Assembly: GCA_004524535.1 (NCBI GenBank) | Contig: SDNY01000092.1 | Location: 1-14,861, forward strand | Reading direction: 5' to 3' | From: Promethearchaeota archaeon | GTDB taxonomy: Archaea > Asgardarchaeota > Lokiarchaeia > Sigyniarchaeales > SOKP01 | Length of the DNA stretch: 14,861 bases | Shown here: in pieces, positions 1 to 6,998 of the stretch | Layout of the letters: each line of letters starts with the position of its first letter | How positions within the stretch are numbered: the first letter of the stretch is position 1 | Program-made: the position numbers and the translations under genes | The notes under the pieces: generated by a model | The model's database searches: none | The model's input: the letters and a program-made list of their open reading frames with translations, nothing else | Told to the model about the DNA's origin: nothing

Positions 1-465
1 AAAGCTACGGGCAGACAATACAGATCAATTAGAACTTTTAATTTGGATAATACTTCAAAGACAGCATTCATAACGATGGGCTCCATGTGTGGGAATATAA
101 TTAGCTATATGACTAAGCATAAAGACGTTGGTCTTATAAAAATAAAAACCTACCGTCCTTTTCCATACGAAGATTTACAAAAAATTATACAAGATCACAA
201 TATAGAGAAGCTAATTATTTTAGAGAAATCAGATGCATTAAATGGATTATTACCTCCTTTTTCAATGACAATTGCTTCAGCATTATATCCCCTGGGAACG
301 TTATTTAGAAGCTTTATAGTTGGATTAGGCGGTCGCGATGTTACAAGAGACGAATTTGATATAGCTAAAAAGAAGATGGAAACCGTAAAAGATATGAAAG
401 GACCTCTCTATTCATATCTAGGTGTGAGAGAGACAAAAGATAAAATTCATGGGGTGAATAAATAA
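1..465 (+). CDS. porA: Pyruvate/2-oxoacid:ferredoxin oxidoreductase alpha subunit, C-terminal domain (5'-truncated by window edge)
   Basis: Frame 1 is open from base 1 (KATGRQYRSIRTFNLDNTSKTAFITMGS...). It has PorA domain II motifs MGS, GLIKIKTYRPFP and IVGLGGRD, and lies directly upstream of a PorB-like gene. The TTG at 43 is internal. Confidence 0.88.
   Translation, partial: KATGRQYRSIRTFNLDNTSKTAFITMGSMCGNIISYMTKHKDVGLIKIKTYRPFPYEDLQKIIQDHNIEKLIILEKSDALNGLLPPFSMTIASALYPLGTLFRSFIVGLGGRDVTRDEFDIAKKKMETVKDMKGPLYSYLGVRETKDKIHGVNK
451..457 (+). promoter_or_regulatory. Shine-Dalgarno site (GGGGTGA) for the permuted porB
   Basis: Archaeal-type GGTGA core inside the end of porA, 10 nt before ATG 468. 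Confidence 0.7.
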
Positions 466-467
466 AG

Positions 468-1556
468 ATGTCGAAACCAGAGAGAAATATTATACAAATT
501 GATGATTTATTGGCCAGAGATGGAAAATGTAATGTGTTATTTCTAAATTACGACAATGAAGCTTTTATGAATACAGGAATTCAAGAAAGTGGTGGCACTC
601 CACCTCATGCTGCTACAACTACAGGTCCCGCTGGAGAGAGAATTCCTGGGAAAGTTGGAGTGAAACAAGATTTAGTAACTCCTTTTGGATTTTATGGAAC
701 AAAATCAACCTTTTTAGCAACTGTTAATCCAGCTTATCCAAACGATTTGATGGGAAAGATAGTCGAAGCGTTAAAATCAAATGGAGGTGCTTTCATTCAA
801 TCATATGCCGATTGTATGAGAGGCTGGAGGCATGCTTCTCAAGATGCTGTAAAAGTTTCTAAACTTGCGACCGATTGTGGTTATTGGCCATTATACACAA
901 TAAGAGTAAAAGATGGTATGCCAACTTTTTCCTATTATAGAGGTTTAGAAATAGATAAAGAAAAATTTGTGGACTATTTAAAATCCATGGGCAGATTCAG
1001 ACATCTATTTAGGCCAAAATTTATGGAAAAAGAAATCGATGAGATAATTTATTACACAGAACAAAGAAATGAAAAATTAAAAGGACTAATAAAGCAATTT
1101 GGAACAGAAAAACCAGTTGATGTATATAGAGTAAATCGGAAAGCATTAGAACCACAAAAACATCTGCTTCCTGGACATGGTTTATGTCCTGGTTGCGGCG
1201 CCGGAATGTTTTTAAACCAAATGGCAACAGCTGCACAATTAGTTGCTGGGACAAATATTATCTATGTAAATAACACAAGCTGTTCTGAAGTCTCTACTTC
1301 AAAAGATTTTGTTACGTCTTGGACTGTACCATGGGTACACCATCTATTTGAATCAGGAGCAACAATCGCTGACGCAATTTCAACAACTTATAAAATCATG
1401 AAATCAAAAGGTCTATATAACGGCGAAGTACCATATCTTATACATATTGGTGGTGATGGCTCCACTTATGACATTGGGTTCCAATTTCTTAAGGCTGCTT
1501 TGGTAAGAACGAGCAGTTTTGTAGAAATGAATGAATACCTTTTCAATCAGAAATAA
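468..1556 (+). CDS. porB: Pyruvate/2-oxoacid:ferredoxin oxidoreductase beta subunit (TPP and 4Fe-4S binding), circularly permuted
   Basis: All PorB motifs are present but in swapped order. YDNEAFMNTGIQ.S..TP..A.TTT.PAG, ATVNPAYP.DL..K, DCMRGW, GYWPLY and GRFRHL are in the N-terminal half. LLPGHGLCPGCG, NTSC.EV, W.VPWVH..FE and GGDGSTYDIGFQ are in the C-terminal half. Confidence 0.9.
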   Translation: MSKPERNIIQIDDLLARDGKCNVLFLNYDNEAFMNTGIQESGGTPPHAATTTGPAGERIPGKVGVKQDLVTPFGFYGTKSTFLATVNPAYPNDLMGKIVEALKSNGGAFIQSYADCMRGWRHASQDAVKVSKLATDCGYWPLYTIRVKDGMPTFSYYRGLEIDKEKFVDYLKSMGRFRHLFRPKFMEKEIDEIIYYTEQRNEKLKGLIKQFGTEKPVDVYRVNRKALEPQKHLLPGHGLCPGCGAGMFLNQMATAAQLVAGTNIIYVNNTSCSEVSTSKDFVTSWTVPWVHHLFESGATIADAISTTYKIMKSKGLYNGEVPYLIHIGGDGSTYDIGFQFLKAALVRTSSFVEMNEYLFNQK

Positions 1557-1582
1557 TTTCTTTTTTAAACTCTTTTTTTTTT
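1557..1582 (+). terminator. Oligo(T) archaeal-type terminator after porB
   Basis: T6 (1561-1566) and T10 (1573-1582) tracts immediately after the TAA stop. Confidence 0.5.
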
Positions 1583-1630
1583 AATAGTTATTTGAAAATT
1601 GTTTTATTATTTTATATCTTTTTAATTTTT

Positions 1631-2404
1631 ATGGTTATAAAAATTGAGAAAATAACTATAGATAAGGGAAAAATCTACACAATAATAATTGATAATCCTG
1701 AAGTAAAGAACGCCGTCGATGGACCAACAGCTAAAGAACTCGCCGATGCGTTTCGAGAGTTTGAACAAGACGATAATGCTTTAGTTGCTGTTTTGTGGGG
1801 TGCTAATGGAACGTTTTGTGCAGGAGCAAATCTAAAAACTATCACAGATGGGCGTGGTAATAGGATAGATACTAAAGGAGATGGTCCTATGGGGCCTTCT
1901 AGAATGGTTCTTTCAAAACCCGTAATCGCAGCAGTGGCGGGATACGCTGTCGCAGGTGGTCTTGAACTTGCATGTTGGTGTGATATGCGAGTTGTTGAGA
2001 AAAATGCGATATTTGGAGTATTTTGCCGTAGATTTGGAGTACCTCTTATTGATGGAGGAACTGTACGCCTTCCTAGATTAATTGGGTTAAGTCGAGCAAT
2101 GGATATGATTCTTACAGGTCGCCCTGTAACGGCTGAAGAGGCCTATTCTTGGGGTCTTGCGAATCGTATTGTTGAAAATGATCAATCAAGACCAGAAGCA
2201 GAAAAATTGGCAAGAGAAATTGCTGTTCATCCTCAAACATGTATGAGACATGATCGTTTATCAACATATGAGCAATTTGGGATGAGTATGAAGGATGCAA
2301 TGGTTAATGAATTCGATTGGGGCTTAAAAACGTTAGCCAGTGGAGAATATCTAGAAGGAAGTAGAAAATTTACTCAAGGTAAAGGAAAGCATGGTAAATT
2401 CTAA
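1631..2404 (+). CDS. Enoyl-CoA hydratase/isomerase (crotonase) family protein, 257 aa
   Basis: Motifs KNAVD, GTFCAGANL, KPVIAAVAGYAVAGGLELA, FGVFCRRFGVPLIDGGTVRLPRLIG and ILTGRPV.AEEA..WGL.N. ATG 1631 is preferred over TTG 1592 because the extension is just translated T-rich intergenic DNA. Confidence 0.92.
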   Translation: MVIKIEKITIDKGKIYTIIIDNPEVKNAVDGPTAKELADAFREFEQDDNALVAVLWGANGTFCAGANLKTITDGRGNRIDTKGDGPMGPSRMVLSKPVIAAVAGYAVAGGLELACWCDMRVVEKNAIFGVFCRRFGVPLIDGGTVRLPRLIGLSRAMDMILTGRPVTAEEAYSWGLANRIVENDQSRPEAEKLAREIAVHPQTCMRHDRLSTYEQFGMSMKDAMVNEFDWGLKTLASGEYLEGSRKFTQGKGKHGKF

Positions 2405-2476
2405 AATAAAAATTTTCATTACATAATTTTTATTTTTTTCCATTTATTTTTAGTTATTATAAATTAAGGTGAAATT

Positions 2477-2881
2477 ATGATAGCATTCGAACAATTGAGA
2501 GTGAAAACTCCAAAAAGAGAAGTTCTTATAAATATAACGAGCGATATTAATAAAATTGTAAGGAATAGTAAAATAAAAGAAGGAGTATGTCGAATTTTTG
2601 TCCCCCATACTACAGCGGGAATTACTATCAATGAAAACGCAGATCCCGCAGTAATGGAAGATATTATAAATTATTTGAAAAAATTAATTCCTCAAAGAGC
2701 AGGCTTTTCTCACATGGAGGGCAATAGCGATGCGCACATAAAATCTTCCTTAACTGGTCCGTCTTTAGATGTTATTATTCACAATGGTGGATTAGTATTG
2801 GGGACTTGGCAAGGAATTATGTTCGCAGAATATGACGGGCCGCGTCATAGAAAGGTATATGTACAAGTTCAAGGAGAATAA
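2477..2881 (+). CDS. yjbQ: YjbQ/UPF0047 family protein (secondary thiamine-phosphate synthase-like)
   Basis: Motifs FVPHTTAGITINENADP, H.EGNSDAHIKSSL and LGTWQGI.F.E.DGPR.R. AGGTGA SD at 2467-2472. Confidence 0.93.
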   Translation: MIAFEQLRVKTPKREVLINITSDINKIVRNSKIKEGVCRIFVPHTTAGITINENADPAVMEDIINYLKKLIPQRAGFSHMEGNSDAHIKSSLTGPSLDVIIHNGGLVLGTWQGIMFAEYDGPRHRKVYVQVQGE

Positions 2882-2982
2882 TTCAAAAATAAAGGATTTT
2901 ATTTTCTATAAACACAAATTTAATATTATCAAAAAAAATTTATATTTATAAAATAAAAACCATATTTTCAGAGGAGTTAAGA

Positions 2983-3315
2983 TTGAGTTTGGATTGGAAC
3001 TTTTATTTAAATCTAATTTGTTCAATAGGAGGAATAGTATTTTTTTTATATAGCTTGTATATTATTAAAAGAATTAAAGAGTTGTTCCCTGGCACTAGAA
3101 TAATCAAAAAATGGTATGCTATTCAAGCATTAATTATTTTATTTTTGGTGGGGTATGTTGTAAACATAATCTTTTTAGCGTTAGAATATATCGAAATTGT
3201 AACTATTATGACTGCGATTGTTTATATTTTTGGTGCTATATTTGTTTTAATTGTCGTAGATCTAAGTTATAAAACATATAAATTAATTTTATTAGAATCC
3301 TCGTCAAAAAAATAG
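2983..3315 (+). CDS. Small integral membrane protein (about 3 TM helices), function unknown
   Basis: TTG start 6 nt after GAGGAG. Three hydrophobic segments with a W...LI.LFLVGY....I...VYIFGAIFV.IVV.LS.KT pattern. Confidence 0.75.
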   Translation: MSLDWNFYLNLICSIGGIVFFLYSLYIIKRIKELFPGTRIIKKWYAIQALIILFLVGYVVNIIFLALEYIEIVTIMTAIVYIFGAIFVLIVVDLSYKTYKLILLESSSKK

Positions 3316-3348
3316 AATTATCTGTCGTAGATATATTTAAGATTCAAA

Positions 3349-3750
3349 ATGTTTTCGATTATTGATGATTTATGGATCTTTTCTAAGGATGGCCTTCCTA
3401 TTGTTGAATTTTGTAAAGAGGGTAAAATAGACAAATCACTTTTAGGAGCATTTTTTTCTGCGATAAAATCATTTAGTAAGAAAATCTCATCTGGAGATGA
3501 ATTATCTTCATTCATACTGAAAGATTGTAAATTCACATTAGTTTCAGCACTTAAGAATGACGCTATTCTCGTATGTAAATCGGATCCGAAGCATAAAGAA
3601 AAAAAAATCCATAAACTATGCAATGTTATTGTTAGAATTTTTGAGGAGACATTCGACTCATCAGATATCAATAATTGGGATGGAGATTTATCTTTTTTTG
3701 ATGATTTCAAGGACAAGTTAGACCTTTATTTTAAGATGAGCGCCTTATAA
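3349..3750 (+). CDS. Stand-alone longin/roadblock-like small protein (Asgard-type)
   Basis: 133 aa with LWIFSKDGLPI (beta hairpin), D..LLGAFFSAIKSFS (helix), three strands, then I...F...F...I..W.GD...F..F...L. This pattern resembles Asgard/Mon1-Fuz-type longin domains. Fold assigned by pattern recognition only. Confidence 0.65.
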   Translation: MFSIIDDLWIFSKDGLPIVEFCKEGKIDKSLLGAFFSAIKSFSKKISSGDELSSFILKDCKFTLVSALKNDAILVCKSDPKHKEKKIHKLCNVIVRIFEETFDSSDINNWDGDLSFFDDFKDKLDLYFKMSAL

Positions 3751-3779
3751 ATTAAAAATCTTAATATTTTTAAAAAAAA
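3751..3779. terminator. Short convergent intergenic region with AT-only inverted repeat and oligo(T) on the minus strand
   Basis: TTAAAAAT (3752-3759) and ATTTTTAA (3766-3773) are reverse complements. The A-run at 3772-3779 gives a T tract right after the larA-like stop. Confidence 0.35.
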
Positions 3780-5015
3780 TTATCCTGCCATTTGAATGCT
3801 ACAAGGAAAAACCGCTACCTTTGGGAATTCACCATGAACTTTACCTAATTCATCAATTAATTCATCCCAATCATCAAATAATTCCACTGTTTTTGGAAAG
3901 AAATGGTGTAAATCAGAGAGACTAATGTTAGGTGAGAAAAAATAAACTTTTCTCCTATGAACAAATCTACTCCACAAAATACTTTCACCTAAATTCTTAT
4001 ATAATTTTGCACCAGTTTCAGCTACAAGACTATGATATCCACGTCCCTCGTATGAAGATGACATCAACACAATAGTACCTCTTCTATCAATAATTTTATT
4101 TGGAGCAGTCATGAGAAAATTAAAACCTTTAATTGACTGATTTAATTCTGAATCTTCGGGATATAAATTGAAGAAGCCGATTTGATTTTCAAGCGTATAA
4201 CTTGTTGCATAATGTTCTTTTGCGATCTCCATAGCTTTTCTATGAGCATCTCTAAAGTGCCCTGCTGTTAAAGCAGCAATATCCCCTCGTTCATTTAAGA
4301 TGGCATTAATTGAGAAATCTAATCCTACTCTATCCGCAATATTTTCAATATCTTTCCTAATATCAGTCATTCTTCCTACTCCTGCTCCAATTCCCCTCAT
4401 TCCTGCTGAATGATTTGCTTCGAGAGTGCGGATTCCACAAACTCCTGGTAATACAATCTTTGCACCACCTCCAAATCCTGCTAAAGGATGAGGTATCACT
4501 CCGCCTAAAGAGATTCTTAAATCAGCACTGATATAAGTAGAATTAACATCAATAGGAGTACCGATTTTTGATTCACCAAGATTAGTGAGATTTTCATAGG
4601 GATGGTGATTTTCAATGCAAATTGTATCTACAACTTCTCTTCCAAGCTTTAAAATACAATCATGTCGATTCATTGGCTTATGAGCTCCTAAAGCCAATAA
4701 AATAATTATTTGATCCTTTGCTATACTTGCTTTTTCTAATTCCTCAAATACGAATGGTAGAATTTTATTAGCCGGAGTGGTTCTAGTCATATCATCAACA
4801 ACAATTACCACTTTTTCCTTTCCTTTCGCTAATTCTGATAATTTAGGAGTTCCAATTGGATTGAGAAGAGATTCTTTAATTTCATTATCAGATATTTGTG
4901 GAGCGTCCGCTCCGTTCATTTTACAAACAGATACGTCCCAAGAATCTGGAAATTTTAATTCTAAATATTCTGGCTCTCGCCACGCAGCCCAGGGTACTTT
5001 AAATATCTTTACCAA
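3780..5015 (-). CDS. LarA-family nickel-pincer (NPN)-dependent lactate racemase / 2-hydroxyacid epimerase homolog
   Basis: Motifs L.NPIG...L.EL, IVVDDMTR.TP, LALGAH..M, NH, PH.LAGFGGG.K.VLPGV.G and ANH. These match the LarA catalytic His residues, the cofactor-attachment Lys and the Ni-ligating His. The C-terminal domain is divergent. Confidence 0.85.
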   Translation of the reverse strand: MVKIFKVPWAAWREPEYLELKFPDSWDVSVCKMNGADAPQISDNEIKESLLNPIGTPKLSELAKGKEKVVIVVDDMTRTTPANKILPFVFEELEKASIAKDQIIILLALGAHKPMNRHDCILKLGREVVDTICIENHHPYENLTNLGESKIGTPIDVNSTYISADLRISLGGVIPHPLAGFGGGAKIVLPGVCGIRTLEANHSAGMRGIGAGVGRMTDIRKDIENIADRVGLDFSINAILNERGDIAALTAGHFRDAHRKAMEIAKEHYATSYTLENQIGFFNLYPEDSELNQSIKGFNFLMTAPNKIIDRRGTIVLMSSSYEGRGYHSLVAETGAKLYKNLGESILWSRFVHRRKVYFFSPNISLSDLHHFFPKTVELFDDWDELIDELGKVHGEFPKVAVFPCSIQMAG

Positions 5016-5169
5016 TAAAATTCACTTCTATATTTTTTTTAAAATATTATTTCAATTTCCATTCTTAATTAATCTTTTAAATTTCTCTTAAGATAAAAAG
5101 ATAAAGAATTGAATATTTACTTAAACATCAAAATTCTAAGAAAACACATTCTGTTTTACTTTTACTCAG

Positions 5170-5994
5170 ATGATTGATAATATAAAGATTTTCGATTCAC
5201 ATATTCATTATATGGGGAAATTTAAAAGAAGGGATGAAACCTTAATAGACTTTTTAGATAGATTTGGAATTGACAAATCAATTGTCACTACATTAAACAC
5301 ATCTGCAAATAAGAATTTGCTAATTAGAGATGATATAAATTTTAACGAAAAGGAATATGCTGAAAAATTATATGCAAAAAACCAATATAATCACGAAGAA
5401 GTTAGAGATTTAATTAAGAAAAATTCAGATAGATTAGTAGGGGTTTATTGGTTTAATCCCAGAATTGCCGATGACAACGACTGGAAAACTTTAGAAAAAT
5501 ACATTAAAGATTACAATTTTAAAGGTGTAAAAATTCAAGCTTCACTTGATAATTTAAAGATTCCAAATGATTTGTTTGAATTAGCGGAATTTTGTATAGG
5601 TTTCGATATTCCACTTTTTATTCATTCTGGACAATCCTTCTTTTTTCAAGAACCATTTCGCGTTAAAGATATTTATACTTTAGTTAAAAAATATGGAGAG
5701 CTTAAATGCGTCATTTTGCATGCGGCTTATACTATGGAATATTGTATTAGTTGTTTGAAATTTTTTCCTAAATGCTCTAATGTATATTTTGAAACGAGTT
5801 TATCGGTCCCATATGGGATAAATATTTTAATTAAAGTTATGGGGGACCACCGAGTTATGTATGGATCAGATTCACCAGCAGCAACCACCCCAGATATAGA
5901 AATTAATAAGATTAGAATTCTTGATTTAGATAAAAAAACGTTAGAAAATGTATTTTATAACAATATAAGCAATCTAATAGGTGAAATCTCATAA
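5170..5994 (+). CDS. Metal-dependent amidohydrolase (Amidohydro_2-like TIM barrel), copy 1
   Basis: Motifs IFDSHIH, FKGVKI, P.FIHSG, ILHAA, NVYFETS and RVMYGSDSP. Confidence 0.88.
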   Translation: MIDNIKIFDSHIHYMGKFKRRDETLIDFLDRFGIDKSIVTTLNTSANKNLLIRDDINFNEKEYAEKLYAKNQYNHEEVRDLIKKNSDRLVGVYWFNPRIADDNDWKTLEKYIKDYNFKGVKIQASLDNLKIPNDLFELAEFCIGFDIPLFIHSGQSFFFQEPFRVKDIYTLVKKYGELKCVILHAAYTMEYCISCLKFFPKCSNVYFETSLSVPYGINILIKVMGDHRVMYGSDSPAATTPDIEINKIRILDLDKKTLENVFYNNISNLIGEIS

Positions 5995-6857
5995 ATCAAC
6001 AAGATAAATTTAGAATTTTTGACAGTCATCTCCATACCTATGGAAAATTTATAGGAGAATCTAAAAATGTCCTTGAATATATGGATAGATTTAACGTAGA
6101 GAAAGCAATAATAACCACAATTAATAGAGCAAAATTTTTTCAAAAGAATGATAACTCCGAAAATGTAAATCCGCTCGAGAATAATATGGCAGATCTCTTA
6201 AAGAATTTTAAAAAAGTAATGTTAAAAGGGCAGTTACCTCATCAAGACGTAATAGATATTGCAAATAAAGCTCCCGAACGATTTTATAAACTTTTTTGGT
6301 TTAATCCTAATTTAGAACCTGACGAAGAGGAAGCAAACTATAAAATTTTAGAAGAACATTTTAAAAAAGGATTCTGCGGCGTAAAAATACATAACATCTT
6401 TCATATGTTCAGAGTTCCAAGAGATATTCTTAAATTAGTGTCATTTATTCAGGAATATAACAAAAATTTGATATTATTTATTCATTCTGCTCCTGATACT
6501 TCGTTTTTTAAAGGTGTTTCATGTAGGGATATCGCAAAATTAGCAAAAAAATTTCCAGAATTGAGAATAATTGTAGGGCATGCTGCTTACTCAATGGAGT
6601 TTTCTATTGATGTAACTTTAATTTTAAAGAAATATCAAAATTCATACTTTGAAACTTCTGCTTCTGTGTCTTTTGGAATTTATAATATATTTAAGGCTGT
6701 AGGCTCTAAACGTATATTATTTGGGTCTGATTCTCCGGTTGTATCTCCAATACAGCTTGAAATCGATAAAATATTGACATTGCCTATTTCTAATGAGGCA
6801 AAACAAGATATATTGTATAATAATGTGAACAAGCTACTTGAATTTTGTCAAAATTAA
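5991..6857 (+). CDS. Metal-dependent amidohydrolase, copy 2 (288 aa with inferred ATA start)
   Basis: The frame is open upstream of ATG 6081 and encodes INQQDKFRIFDSHLHTYGKF, containing the metal-binding DxHxH motif. The in-frame stop is at 5982. AGGTGA SD (5979-5984) lies 6 nt before ATA 5991. Downstream motifs GVKIH, FIHS, IVGHAA, YFETS and LFGSDSP. Confidence 0.85.
   Translation: MNQQDKFRIFDSHLHTYGKFIGESKNVLEYMDRFNVEKAIITTINRAKFFQKNDNSENVNPLENNMADLLKNFKKVMLKGQLPHQDVIDIANKAPERFYKLFWFNPNLEPDEEEANYKILEEHFKKGFCGVKIHNIFHMFRVPRDILKLVSFIQEYNKNLILFIHSAPDTSFFKGVSCRDIAKLAKKFPELRIIVGHAAYSMEFSIDVTLILKKYQNSYFETSASVSFGIYNIFKAVGSKRILFGSDSPVVSPIQLEIDKILTLPISNEAKQDILYNNVNKLLEFCQN
6606..6857 (+). repeat. 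Left copy of ~250 bp direct repeat (3' end of amidohydrolase 2); partner at 10076-10327
   Basis: Gap-free alignment at offset 3470. By hand count, 19 mismatches in 198 nt between 6660-6857 and 10130-10327. Confidence 0.9.
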
Positions 6858-6998
6858 TCTAATTAAAGATCCTTATTATTTCATCTCAAATTTACTAAAT
6901 TATTTATATTTTTAATTCCCAAATTCAGACTTTAACAAATTTAAAATATCTTTAACAAATAATCTTATTATTAAAATACACTCATTTAAGTTCTAATG

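Noticed and set aside
1021-1254. Minus-strand 77 aa ORF
   Set aside because: Antisense shadow inside porB with no recognisable motifs.
1592-1630. Hydrophobic N-terminal extension of the crotonase resembling a signal peptide
   Set aside because: Arises from translating T-rich intergenic DNA. Family similarity starts after ATG 1631.
2112-2300. Minus-strand 62 aa ORF
   Set aside because: Antisense to the well-supported crotonase.
2477-2881. Functional link between YjbQ (weak thiamine-phosphate synthase activity) and the nearby TPP enzyme
   Set aside because: YjbQ is widespread with variable neighbours and that activity is promiscuous. No support beyond proximity.
3318-3716. Minus-strand 132 aa ORF
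   Set aside because: Antisense mirror of the longin-like gene with Ser/Leu/Ile-rich shadow composition.
4777-5091. Plus-strand 104 aa ORF
   Set aside because: Antisense to the LarA-family gene and runs into its promoter region.
5955-6143. Minus-strand 62 aa ORF
   Set aside because: Overlaps both amidohydrolases on the opposite strand, including the DSHLH-coding segment.
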